This document shows positions 19,484 to 28,893 of a stretch of DNA of 64,000 nt, one piece after another (positions within the stretch are counted from its first letter, which is position 1; the number at the start of each line of letters is the position of its first letter). The stretch is taken from assembly GCA_036506735.1 (NCBI GenBank), contig DASXRG010000136.1, positions 17,654 to 81,653 of the forward strand. Reading direction: 5' to 3'. The notes under the pieces were generated by a model that worked only from the letters and a program-made list of their open reading frames with translations, was not told where the DNA came from and did not search any database. The position numbers and the translations under genes were made by a program. This DNA comes from Candidatus Binatia bacterium (GTDB lineage Bacteria; Desulfobacterota; Binatia; UBA9968).

Positions 19484-20239
19484 TCAATCGATGTCGGCGG
19501 AGATGATCTCTCCCCTCTCCTCAACTTCCATCTCGAGCACGAATCGGGCGACCTCTTCGAGCATGAACAGGTAATCGCGCCGGACCTCGGCGCAAAGTCG
19601 CCGCGCGAGCTCGACGTCGACCGCCTTCTTGACGAACCGCTCCACCTGAAGGCGCCCCATCAAGACGTGGCTCCGAGTCTCGGCGCGCTGGCTCGAAAAG
19701 ATTTGACGGATCGGTTCGTCGGGTAGCGACGCGGCGAAGCGGTCGAGCCAAACCAACTCCATGGCCTTCGGTCCCAAGTTCAACGCCGCGATCCTGAGAT
19801 TCTGCGGATAGTTGGCCAGCGCGCGCAGGCTGAAGATAAACGAAGCGACGCGGGTTGCGGGAACGAGCCGGCAGTAAGGGTGCTCGAATGCCCGCCTCTG
19901 GGTGCGCGCCCACTTGCGCCTCAGAATCTCGTCCAGGTACTGCATCTCGTGCATGGAGTCGTCGTAAATCTGCTTGCCGAAAAGGTAGGCGACCGTCGGC
20001 GGGTATTCGTTCAAGTTGATCCCCAAGGCCCAACCACCGTAGACGTAGTACATGAGCCGCTTCACCGTCCATAGCCGGCCGAGGAGCTTGAAGTAGTGAT
20101 CGTCGCCGAATTCGCCTCTGCGCGCCGCGGCCAGCAGCGCGTCCATCGGTGTCGTCGAGGCCTCCTCCTCGCTTTGCCGGCGCAGCTCGTCGGCGAGAGC
20201 GGCGCCCGGTTTTTCGATTGAAGAGCTCATCGCATGCAT
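19484..20239 (-). CDS. Degenerate ferritin-like protein (putative non-catalytic partner)
   Basis: QIYDDSMH and DEPIRQIFSSQRAETRSH align with QIWDEVKH and DDPLIRHQLRSQEVEEMMH of 18406..19164. Confidence 0.7.
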   Translation of the reverse strand: MHAMSSSIEKPGAALADELRRQSEEEASTTPMDALLAAARRGEFGDDHYFKLLGRLWTVKRLMYYVYGGWALGINLNEYPPTVAYLFGKQIYDDSMHEMQYLDEILRRKWARTQRRAFEHPYCRLVPATRVASFIFSLRALANYPQNLRIAALNLGPKAMELVWLDRFAASLPDEPIRQIFSSQRAETRSHVLMGRLQVERFVKKAVDVELARRLCAEVRRDYLFMLEEVARFVLEMEVEERGEIISADID

Positions 20240-20240
20240 T

Positions 20241-21359
20241 TCAGCTTGCGGCGAGAAGACGCTCGTGCCCCTTCTTGGAAATCGGCGCGAGCCCGGACGC
20301 GATCAGAGTCCAGTGCTCGCCGCCGTCCTCACTTGAGTAAATCTCGCCGCCGGTCGTGCCGGCAAAAACCGAGTATCCTTCGCCCCAATCAACCAGACAC
20401 AAGGCACCGATCTCGTGCTTCATCCTGTCGGGGAGCCCGCCCGCCAGCCTCTTCCAGCTCCGTCCCCCATCCTCGCTGCGATAAATCTTGCCGCCGGCCT
20501 CGGCGAGCGCTCCGCGCGCGCGCCAGGTGCTCGGGTTGTGTTCAGCGGCGGAGACAAACATGACGTCCGGCCGCCGCGGATTCAGAACGAAGCCGTCCGG
20601 GTAGACGTCTTCCGCCCAGTCGGAACTGGTCCATCGCTCCCAGCCGCCTCCGCCATTGAAAGTGACGTACAATCCCGCCCCGCCGGTGAGGTAGATCCTT
20701 TCCGGGTCGCGCGGATCGATGAGCGCCCGGTGCACGTCATAGAAATGCTCCACCGGACGGTTCTTGTCCCGGAGGAAGCCGACCGTATTGAGCTCGGCCC
20801 AGCTTTTTCCCGCGTCGGCGCTCTTTAGAAACGCGCCCTGTTCGATGCAGGCGTAGATGGTGTCGGGCGTGCGGGGATCGAACGTGATGAATTTCGTGTG
20901 CGCGACGTGCGGCGGAGCCGGGAACGACCAATCCTGGACGCTCGGCACCGCGCGCAGAGAGGGCAGCTCCGTCCAGTGAAGCCCCAGGTCGTCGCTGTAG
21001 AAGAGGTGCGCCGGCTCCGTGCCGGCATAAATCCGAACCTTGCCGTCCAACTGAGCCGAAGCCAAACTGTAAACGTCTTGATAGGTCAGCCCTCGGTCGC
21101 GCCGCTCCCAACTTTTCCCGCCGTCCGCGCTGGCGTGGAGCGAGCCGAAGAACGCGCCGGCAAAGAGCTGGCCTTGACTCGGCTCGCTGACCATCGAGCT
21201 GATGTGCAGTCCGCGCAGCGCGCGATGGGCCGCGCGCCACTCTGTGCCACCGGAGCGCTCCAGAAGAACGAGACCGTCTTGAGTCCCGACCCATACCTGC
21301 CGCGGCCGCTCAGTGGACGTATAGACATTCGAGCCACCGTGAGTAAGTCCGATTTCCAT
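20241..21359 (-). CDS. BNR/Asp-box beta-propeller protein, no signal peptide
   Basis: Asp-box repeats SADGGKSW, SDDLGLHW, SADAGKSW, SEDGGRSW, SEDGGEHW. Confidence 0.88.
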   Translation of the reverse strand: MEIGLTHGGSNVYTSTERPRQVWVGTQDGLVLLERSGGTEWRAAHRALRGLHISSMVSEPSQGQLFAGAFFGSLHASADGGKSWERRDRGLTYQDVYSLASAQLDGKVRIYAGTEPAHLFYSDDLGLHWTELPSLRAVPSVQDWSFPAPPHVAHTKFITFDPRTPDTIYACIEQGAFLKSADAGKSWAELNTVGFLRDKNRPVEHFYDVHRALIDPRDPERIYLTGGAGLYVTFNGGGGWERWTSSDWAEDVYPDGFVLNPRRPDVMFVSAAEHNPSTWRARGALAEAGGKIYRSEDGGRSWKRLAGGLPDRMKHEIGALCLVDWGEGYSVFAGTTGGEIYSSEDGGEHWTLIASGLAPISKKGHERLLAAS

Positions 21360-21398
21360 ATTTTTCCTCCCGACGTCGAGTCAGCTCGTCTTACCATC

Positions 21399-22418
21399 CT
21401 ACTTTCTGTAAAGCGCCGCAACAAAGCCGCTCTGCTCGATCCGCTTCACATACGAAGGATCGATAATCAGATTCGGATCCGTCTGCTTTGCCTGGGGGTA
21501 TTGGAACGAGACCATGTCCAACGCGGTCTTGATGACCGGCAAAGAAGGATGCGGCGCGGCTTCCACCACCGCGGCCGTGTACTGATAAATATCCTCCAGA
21601 ATCTCTTCGCTCGTCCCCCTCATGTACTGTCTCATGACCGCCAGCGCCTTTTGTTTGTTCGTTTTGAAGATAAAAATCCCCTCGATGACGCATTTCAAGA
21701 CCTTTTCCACGAGCTCGGGATTCTTGCTCAAAGTTTGTCTGAGGGTGGTCACCGTGTTGTAGGGATACTCGATTCCGAGCCGGTCGTAATTCGACAGCTC
21801 GCGGAAGCCCATTTTCCTCGCGATCAGCAGGTATGGAATCGAAACGGCCGCCGCGTCGACGACGCCCCGCTCCAGCGCCTGCAGCGAGAGAGTCGGCTCA
21901 CCCATGGGCAACAGCTTCACGTCCCGATCGGGCGTGAGGCCATATTTCGCCGGCAGCACGTACCGCACCATCGCATCGAGAAACGCCCCCGGGCGTCCCG
22001 TCGCCAGAGTTTTGCCTCTCAACTCTTCGACGCTCTTGATTTCGGTTTTCGAGACGATCCCTGATCCGACTTTATTGGTTACCGTCGCGATGATCACCTG
22101 GTCCCTGACGCCGAGAACGTGCGAGGTCACCGCGCCGGTGCCCGTGGCGACGACGAACGGCACTTCGCCGCTCGCCAGCAACTGCTGCGGCCGCACACGT
22201 CCCGCATAGACGGCCTTCAAATCCAGACCGTATTTGGTCCCCAGCCTCTCTGCCACCGCGATCCACAGCGGAATGTACGGACCTGAAAAAGACGAATAAC
22301 CGACTGTAAGGCTTTCCAACCGGGATGCGGCGAGACATGGGGCTGCAAAGACGGCCCATCCATAGACGAGCCACAGGCCGATGAGATATTTTTTGTTGGC
22401 CACGGAGGTCGCCGTCAC
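21399..22418 (-). CDS. NitT/TauT-family ABC substrate-binding protein
   Basis: Signal peptide, ELRGKTLA, IEQSGFVAALY. Confidence 0.88.
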   Translation of the reverse strand: MTATSVANKKYLIGLWLVYGWAVFAAPCLAASRLESLTVGYSSFSGPYIPLWIAVAERLGTKYGLDLKAVYAGRVRPQQLLASGEVPFVVATGTGAVTSHVLGVRDQVIIATVTNKVGSGIVSKTEIKSVEELRGKTLATGRPGAFLDAMVRYVLPAKYGLTPDRDVKLLPMGEPTLSLQALERGVVDAAAVSIPYLLIARKMGFRELSNYDRLGIEYPYNTVTTLRQTLSKNPELVEKVLKCVIEGIFIFKTNKQKALAVMRQYMRGTSEEILEDIYQYTAAVVEAAPHPSLPVIKTALDMVSFQYPQAKQTDPNLIIDPSYVKRIEQSGFVAALYRK

Positions 22419-22476
22419 GGCGGAGAAGTCTGAGTCTCGTTACCACTTCTGACAATGACAAATCAATAGATGAAGC

Positions 22477-22521
22477 CAAGCCGCCGGCGGCTTGACACAA
22501 AGAGCCAGCCGTAATTATAAC
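22477..22521. promoter_or_regulatory. Perfect 18-bp palindrome overlapping a candidate sigma-70 promoter in a divergent intergenic region
   Basis: CAAGCCGCCGGCGGCTTG at 22477-22494; TTGACA at 22492-22497, 18-nt spacer, TATAAC. Confidence 0.55.
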
Positions 22522-22560
22522 GTACCAGCTAATCTGTTTCGTGCCGTCCTCTGAAGGATC

Positions 22561-23778
22561 GTGATCATCGTGAAAACCAACGGAACTGCGCCGCTCTCCG
22601 GGTATCGAGTCTTGGACCTCGCGGGGCCGTTGGCTTTTCATTGCGTGAAGCTCCTGGCGGATATGGGCGCGGACGTGGTGAAGGTAGAACCGCCGGGCGG
22701 CGATCCGGCGCGTCATGTCCCACCCTTCAAGGATGACATGCCGCATGCAGAGAAGAGCCTCTATTTCCTACACTACAACACCAACAAGCGCGGCATCACC
22801 TTGAACTTGGATGCGCGTGAGGGGCGGTCGATTTTCTTGCAGCTTGCCCGCTCGGCGCACGTGGTGGTCGAGACGTTTCGCCCTGGACACATGGACGAGT
22901 TGGGTCTGGGCTACGGTGCGCTGAGCGGCACTAACCCAGGCCTCGTCATGGCGTCTCTCACCCCATTCGGGCAGACAGGTCCGTGGCGCGACTACAAGGC
23001 GACCGACATCGCCGGCCTCGCGCTCAGCAACCTGATGGTCATGACCGGCGAGCCCGGCGAGCCTCCCCTGCAGGCGCCCGGCGAGGTGGCCTACGGCATG
23101 GCGTCGACTTACGGGGCATTCGGCGTCGCCGTTGCCCTCTATCATCGCGAGAACGGCGGCAAGGGCCAGCACATCGACGTGTCGATGCACGAGTGCGGCG
23201 CTCACATCGCCGGCTACTTCATTCCTCAATACGGCGCCACCGGCGCCAAGCCCAGCCGCGCCTCGCGCAAAGGCGAAGAGACCGATCTTTATGATCCGTA
23301 TCCGGCGAAAAATGGATACGTGCGGATCTTCATCATTCCGTCGGAGCAGTGGCGCAGGCTGGTGGACTGGATGGGCCGTCCGGAAGCGATCGCGGGCCCG
23401 GAGTTCGAGAAGATGGAACACCGCCGGCAACATCCGGAGCCGGTTCTAAGGACGATCACGGAATTTTGCAAGCGCCACACTAAAGAGGAACTCTACGAGG
23501 AAGGGCAAAAACGCCGCATCAGCGTGACGCCGATCAATACGGCGCGTGAATTCATGGAGAGCGCCCACACGAAGGCGCGGCATCTCTTCCTCGAGATGGA
23601 GCACCCGGCCGTCGGCAAATATCTCCACTACGGCCCGGTTCCGAGATTCAGCGAAACGCCGGGCCGGGTAACTAGAACCGCGCCGCTGATCGGCGAGCAC
23701 AACGAGGAGATCTACTGCGGCGAGCTGGGTTTTTCCAAAAAGGACCTCATCACGCTGGGCGCGGCCGGGGTGATTTAG
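22561..23778 (+). CDS. Family III CoA-transferase (CaiB/BaiF), subunit apparently lacking the catalytic Asp
   Basis: PLSGYRVLDL, LADMGADVVKVEPPGGDP, NTNKRGITLNL; QAPGEVAYG where the Asp is expected. Confidence 0.9.
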   Translation: MIIVKTNGTAPLSGYRVLDLAGPLAFHCVKLLADMGADVVKVEPPGGDPARHVPPFKDDMPHAEKSLYFLHYNTNKRGITLNLDAREGRSIFLQLARSAHVVVETFRPGHMDELGLGYGALSGTNPGLVMASLTPFGQTGPWRDYKATDIAGLALSNLMVMTGEPGEPPLQAPGEVAYGMASTYGAFGVAVALYHRENGGKGQHIDVSMHECGAHIAGYFIPQYGATGAKPSRASRKGEETDLYDPYPAKNGYVRIFIIPSEQWRRLVDWMGRPEAIAGPEFEKMEHRRQHPEPVLRTITEFCKRHTKEELYEEGQKRRISVTPINTAREFMESAHTKARHLFLEMEHPAVGKYLHYGPVPRFSETPGRVTRTAPLIGEHNEEIYCGELGFSKKDLITLGAAGVI

Positions 23779-23786
23779 GAGGAGCC

Positions 23787-24995
23787 ATGCAGCAGCTTCC
23801 ATTGGAGGGGATTCGAGTCCTCGAGCTGACCACCGGCGCGGCCGGGCCTACCTGCGCGCGCGTGCTTTGTGAGTTTGGCGCCGAGGTAATCCGAGTCGAG
23901 ACCCGGTTGCGCGGCGACGGCCACAGAGGCGAGGACCCGAAGAAATGGAACAAGAAACCGGATTTCGTAAAACTCCATCGGGGCAAGAAGTCCTTCACCG
24001 TGAACATGAAGCTGGACAAAGGGCGCGAGCTGGTCAAGCAGCTGGCCAAGAAATGCGACGTGCTGGTCGAGAACTACGGCCTGGGTGTCTTGGAAAGGTG
24101 GGGGCTCGATTATCCCCAACTGAAAGAGCTGAATCCATCCTGCATTCTCGTGCGCGTCAAGGGGCTGGGCTGCACCGGCCCGCACGCCGCGGATCTCACC
24201 TGGGGTCCAAACGTAGGAAACATCATGGGTGGCACCTACTTGTGGAATTATCCCGGAGCCACCACCGCGACGGCGGAGCCCAGGACTCAGCATCCCGACT
24301 TCATGGGTGGCGTGACCGGCGCTTTCGCCGTGGTCCTCGCCTTGATGCAGCGGAAAAAAATCGGACAGGGGCAATGGATCGACAACGCGCAGCTCGAGAT
24401 CGGCGCATCGCTCCTCGGTCCGCGCTATCTGGAATACTCCGTCAACGGCCGGGAGCCTGGGCCCGAGGGAAACCGGAGTCTCGTCGCCGCGCCTTACGGG
24501 GCCTACCGATGCAAGGGCGACGACCGTTGGTGCGCCATCGCCGTTTACACTCAAGAGGAATGGGAAAAATTCTCGCGCTTGCTGGAGCACTCGGGCCTGG
24601 ACCGCAACGGCCAGTTCACGACCCACTTGGAGCGCGTGCGCCGGCGGGAAGAGTTGGATCGCTGGGTCGAGATGTGGACCAGCCAGCGCGACGCCTATGA
24701 AGTGATGGAAAAGCTGCAAGGGATCGGGGTCTGCGCCGCGGTGGTGCAGGATGTGGAGGACCAATTCACGCGCGACGCCCAGTACGCCGCGCGCGGCTTC
24801 CTCGTGAAGCTTAAAGAGCCCGAGGCCGGGGTAGTGGTGACGGAAGGTATTCCCGTGCGGTTGTCGGAGACGCCGGGAAGGGTGCGCGGCGCCGCGCCGC
24901 TCATGGGCGAACATACCCAGGAAATCGCTCGCGACCTGCTCGGGCTCAGCGACGCAGAGATCAAAACTTTAGAGCAGGAAGGCGTTTTGACTTAA
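23787..24995 (+). CDS. Family III CoA-transferase (CaiB/BaiF), Asp-containing subunit
   Basis: PLEGIRVLEL, HRGKKS, QHPDFMGG, APLMGEHT. Confidence 0.92.
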   Translation: MQQLPLEGIRVLELTTGAAGPTCARVLCEFGAEVIRVETRLRGDGHRGEDPKKWNKKPDFVKLHRGKKSFTVNMKLDKGRELVKQLAKKCDVLVENYGLGVLERWGLDYPQLKELNPSCILVRVKGLGCTGPHAADLTWGPNVGNIMGGTYLWNYPGATTATAEPRTQHPDFMGGVTGAFAVVLALMQRKKIGQGQWIDNAQLEIGASLLGPRYLEYSVNGREPGPEGNRSLVAAPYGAYRCKGDDRWCAIAVYTQEEWEKFSRLLEHSGLDRNGQFTTHLERVRRREELDRWVEMWTSQRDAYEVMEKLQGIGVCAAVVQDVEDQFTRDAQYAARGFLVKLKEPEAGVVVTEGIPVRLSETPGRVRGAAPLMGEHTQEIARDLLGLSDAEIKTLEQEGVLT

Positions 24996-25016
24996 ACACA
25001 AGAAAGGGGAATCAGC

Positions 25017-25835
25017 ATGCCAGAACCAATTCTCATCTACGAGAAAAGAGATCCTCATATCGCTATCATTCGACTCAACCGGCCGGAGAAAAAGAACTCG
25101 ATCAGCAGCGAGCTGCACTGGGCGCTCGACGAGGCGTGGCACAAGGCCAAAGACGATGAGGACGTCTGGAGCATTATTCTCACCGGCTCGGGGGATTCGT
25201 TCTGCGCGGGGGGCGACTTAAAAGAGAATCTGGCGTCGGCCCGCGGCGAGCTTAAGAAACCTCGCTTCGGAAATCGAACCTACTCGAATCTCCGCGACCT
25301 GGAGCTCCATAAGCCGATAATCGCCGCGATCAACGGCTACGCGGTGGGCGGCGGCTTCAGCCTGGCGCTCAACTGCGACATACGCTATTGCGTTCCGGCG
25401 ACGAAGTTCGGTTGTTCCGAGGTCCGTTGGTCCCACCTGGCCGCGTGGCCGGCCTACGTGTGCACTCTGCCTCTGGGCTGGGCTTTTTGGTTCGCATTCA
25501 CCGGACAGACGGTCGACGCGGAGACGGCTTTTCGCCTCGGACTGGTGCAGAAGATCTGCGAGCCGGAGAAGCTCCTCGACGACTGCGTGGAGCTATGCAC
25601 GATCATCAACCGCAATGGAAAGTTGATCGCGGCCCACACAAAAGAATACATCTACAAGCTCTTGTATGAGATTCAGGGCTGGGAGCAAGGCTACAAGGTG
25701 CACCGGGACTATTACACCCACCTGCGCCAGAGCAAGGACTACGATGAGGGCTCCGCAGCTTTTGCCGAAAGGCGCAAACCGGAGTTTACCGCCACTTATT
25801 ACGACAAGAAGGACAAGCCGCCGGGAGTTCCCTAA
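25017..25835 (+). CDS. Enoyl-CoA hydratase/isomerase (crotonase) family protein
   Basis: LNRPEKKN, FCAGGDL, KPIIAAINGYAVGGG, AFAERRKPEF. Confidence 0.93.
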   Translation: MPEPILIYEKRDPHIAIIRLNRPEKKNSISSELHWALDEAWHKAKDDEDVWSIILTGSGDSFCAGGDLKENLASARGELKKPRFGNRTYSNLRDLELHKPIIAAINGYAVGGGFSLALNCDIRYCVPATKFGCSEVRWSHLAAWPAYVCTLPLGWAFWFAFTGQTVDAETAFRLGLVQKICEPEKLLDDCVELCTIINRNGKLIAAHTKEYIYKLLYEIQGWEQGYKVHRDYYTHLRQSKDYDEGSAAFAERRKPEFTATYYDKKDKPPGVP

Positions 25836-25839
25836 CCCT

Positions 25840-26916
25840 TCATCCCTTCCCCAGGTGGTGGGCGAGAAAGTCCGCGATCAGCGGCCGGTATTTGAACGGC
25901 ATGTTGTTGCACACGTGATTGCCGCCTTCCAGCACGACCATCTCTTTCGGGCCTGAAGCTTCAGCGTAAATTCTCTTCGGCTGTTCGAGCGGGATGAAAT
26001 CTTTCGTCCCGTGCACAATCAATAGCGGGCAGCGGATCTTCGGCGCCAGCCCTTCGAGCGTGCAGCGGCGATGGAGGTCCGCGAGCTGCTTTTTGTCGTA
26101 GATCTTCCAGATGTGCGCGATGCGGGCGAACTCGAACGGATCGTCGAAGCGATTGAGCGAGCGGGTGCGGTCGTACATGCCGCCCGATAGGGTGCAGGCC
26201 TTGATGCGATCGTCGCACGCCGCCGAGCGCGGGCCGAGGTAGCCGCCCATGCTGGGACCGAAGACGCCGAGCCGTTTGGCGTCAACCTGCTGCAGCTTTT
26301 CCAAATAGTCGATGACGGTCGAAGTCGCGCGCTCGAACTCGACGATGATTCCGCCTTGAAACCAGCTCTCGCCCTGCCCCGGGCCGTCGAAGGTGAACGT
26401 CGCCAGACCGCGGCGCAGGAAAACGTCTTCCATCGTGCGCGCTTCTTCTTTGGTCGATTCAAGGCCGGAGATGATCATCACCACCGGCGGCTTTTTCACC
26501 GCCGTTGGAACTCGGAGGTAAGCGGGCAAACGAAAATGATCGAACGGCATTTCGTGGCGCTCGGCCGGCGGGTCGAGATAAGGCGCAGCCTTCGCGTAGC
26601 AGGCGACTCGCTTGTGATGCGCCGCCGTGTACTGGTCCCGATCCTCGGGAGAATTGTTGCAAGCGAAGTGATAGGCCATCGCCGCAAGCAAATAAGCTTC
26701 GGTCGCGCTCTCGCGGTTGCCCTTGGCCTCGTTCTCGCGCGCGAACTCTTCGTGCCCGGCGGCGGTCGCCGACCACTCGCGGCACCAGTCCTGCCAGGCC
26801 CCGATGCGCGCGCTGGTCGTGGCGAGATCGTTGTAGTCGATGCCCTGGACGATCATGCGCGGCGCCCAAGTTTGTAAGACATGATCGACGGTCGCATCCG
26901 GATGTTTGGCCAGCAT
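25840..26916 (-). CDS. Alpha/beta hydrolase, 2,6-dihydroxypseudooxynicotine-hydrolase-like
   Basis: GLESTKEE, FDGPGQGE, GPSMGG nucleophile, EGGNH. Confidence 0.85.
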   Translation of the reverse strand: MLAKHPDATVDHVLQTWAPRMIVQGIDYNDLATTSARIGAWQDWCREWSATAAGHEEFARENEAKGNRESATEAYLLAAMAYHFACNNSPEDRDQYTAAHHKRVACYAKAAPYLDPPAERHEMPFDHFRLPAYLRVPTAVKKPPVVMIISGLESTKEEARTMEDVFLRRGLATFTFDGPGQGESWFQGGIIVEFERATSTVIDYLEKLQQVDAKRLGVFGPSMGGYLGPRSAACDDRIKACTLSGGMYDRTRSLNRFDDPFEFARIAHIWKIYDKKQLADLHRRCTLEGLAPKIRCPLLIVHGTKDFIPLEQPKRIYAEASGPKEMVVLEGGNHVCNNMPFKYRPLIADFLAHHLGKG

Positions 26917-26939
26917 GAGGGTCTCCTTACTTGACGGTT

Positions 26940-27992
26940 TCAGTCGCCGCAGGTTCCTATCTTCGTCGGCCCTCCCGCCGCTTTCAACGCCTCCTCGCCG
27001 AGCTTGACGTCGACGACCTGGTCATAGGTTGGCTTTTTGTCCGCCTGGATGTCGCCGTTCTCGATGCCGTTCTGGATCGACCACTCGGTGCGCTCTTTGG
27101 AAAAGCCGGTGTTGACGCTCCAGACGCAATTTTTCATCAGGTAATCGTAAGAGAAGCTGACCGCCTCCTGCGGTTTCTTGGTCGCCTCCACCATGACCGG
27201 AATGACCTTCTCCTTCTGCGCGTAGATCGCGCGGTTCGCTTCGATGAGTGAAGTCGCCACGTCGCGCACCAAAGCGCGATCCTTGGCGAGCATGCTCTCC
27301 GACGCGCCGTAGGCGTTGAAGAAATATTTCGGCATCAATTTGGCCAGATCCACCAGCACGTGCAGCCCCGGCTTTTCCTTCTGCGCCAGATAGACGTCTT
27401 CGGGATGCAGCGCCACGCCGTTAACCTGCCCGGCGATGAGACCGGGCAGCCTTCCGGCAGTCGCAGAGGAAACGAACTGGGCGTCGTCGACCGTAAGTCC
27501 GGCGCTCTTGAGCACCTCGCGGCCCATGACCCAATTAAGGCCGCCCACACCGCCGCCGGTCGCGCTCAGCCGCTTGCCTTTCAAATCCGCCGCCGTCTTG
27601 ACTTCCTCGCTCACCATATAGGCTTGCGGCAGGCGCGGCGCCATGCCCCAGAATTGTTTCGCCTTGAGACCCTGCGCGATGGCAGTCGCATTGATCGTGG
27701 CCATCGCTTGGCCCTGCACCACCGCGGCCAGATTGGCCGCCGAAGCGCCGCCTTCGAACTCGACGATTTCCGCGTCGATGCAATGCCGCGCGAAAATTCC
27801 CAGCGCGCGCGCCACGTAGATCGGAGTGTGCACCACGTTGGGCGGGGAGACCGAGATGCCGAGTTTCACCTTGCGCATCTCTTTGCAGGCGGGCTTGGCC
27901 GGTTCGGCGGCAAAAGCAAAATTCGCGACGGCAACCAAGAGCGCGAACAAAACGGTCAGAGCTATTCGACCGAGCAACCGTTGTCGAATCAT
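26940..27992 (-). CDS. NitT/TauT-family ABC substrate-binding protein
   Basis: Signal peptide, DLKGKRL; follows the permease. Confidence 0.88.
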   Translation of the reverse strand: MIRQRLLGRIALTVLFALLVAVANFAFAAEPAKPACKEMRKVKLGISVSPPNVVHTPIYVARALGIFARHCIDAEIVEFEGGASAANLAAVVQGQAMATINATAIAQGLKAKQFWGMAPRLPQAYMVSEEVKTAADLKGKRLSATGGGVGGLNWVMGREVLKSAGLTVDDAQFVSSATAGRLPGLIAGQVNGVALHPEDVYLAQKEKPGLHVLVDLAKLMPKYFFNAYGASESMLAKDRALVRDVATSLIEANRAIYAQKEKVIPVMVEATKKPQEAVSFSYDYLMKNCVWSVNTGFSKERTEWSIQNGIENGDIQADKKPTYDQVVDVKLGEEALKAAGGPTKIGTCGD

Positions 27993-28011
27993 GTGAACCT
28001 CCTTCGTTCCC

Positions 28012-28887
28012 TTATTCTCGTCCCGGTTGATGCATCCACGGCGCGACGCGACGTTCGACGAAGCGCAAAATCCCGGTCAACGTGATGCCCAAAATTCCCA
28101 GCGTCACGATCGGCACGAACATCGCGTCGGTGCGGTACGTGCTGGCATAGCGCGAGATGAGATAGCCGATGCCCGTGATCGCCGTGTAGAGATCCGCCAG
28201 CACCATGCCGATCATGCCGCGGCCGATGGCGAGCCTCAAGCCGGCCACGATGAAGGGCACCGCCGCCGGCAACACGATGTGGCGCCAGAGATCGCGCTCG
28301 CGGCAGCGAAACGCGCGGCCGACCTCGATCAAGCGGTCGTCGACATTTTTTACTCCCTGATACGTGTTGATCACGATCGGGAAGAAAGTAAAAAGAAAAA
28401 CCACGGCGGTCTTGGCCGTCATTTCAAAACCGAACCAGAGCACCAGCACCGGCACCAGCGCGACCGAAGGGATGGAATAGAGCGCCGTGATGTAAGTATC
28501 GAGCGCGAGATCGACGACCCAAAAGCGCGCCATGACGAGGCCGAGCGCGATGCCAAAAACGGCCGCGAGACCGAGGCCGGTAAAGAGCACGATCAGGCTC
28601 TGCGACAGATATCTCCACAGCTCGCCGCTGGCGATCATCTTGACCGCGGCATTGGCCACCGCCGTTGGATAGGTGAACAAGATCGGATTGGTTTGACGGC
28701 CAAAGTATTCCCAGGCGCCGAGCACGACAACGAACGAAGCGATTCGAATCGCCACGCGAATCGCCGCCGCGCGCCGTTCGGCCGCCTGCGCGCGCTCCCG
28801 CGCCGCCTGCTGCTCCGCCGCCAGCTCTTGATCGGCGGCAGCGACAGCGCCCGCAGATATTCCATTGTCGGCTTTGCTGATGCTCAT
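28012..28887 (-). CDS. NitT/TauT-family ABC permease
   Basis: IPSVALVPVLVLWFG, VLPAAVPFIVAGLRL. Confidence 0.93.
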   Translation of the reverse strand: MSISKADNGISAGAVAAADQELAAEQQAARERAQAAERRAAAIRVAIRIASFVVVLGAWEYFGRQTNPILFTYPTAVANAAVKMIASGELWRYLSQSLIVLFTGLGLAAVFGIALGLVMARFWVVDLALDTYITALYSIPSVALVPVLVLWFGFEMTAKTAVVFLFTFFPIVINTYQGVKNVDDRLIEVGRAFRCRERDLWRHIVLPAAVPFIVAGLRLAIGRGMIGMVLADLYTAITGIGYLISRYASTYRTDAMFVPIVTLGILGITLTGILRFVERRVAPWMHQPGRE

Positions 28888-28893
28888 CGCTTC

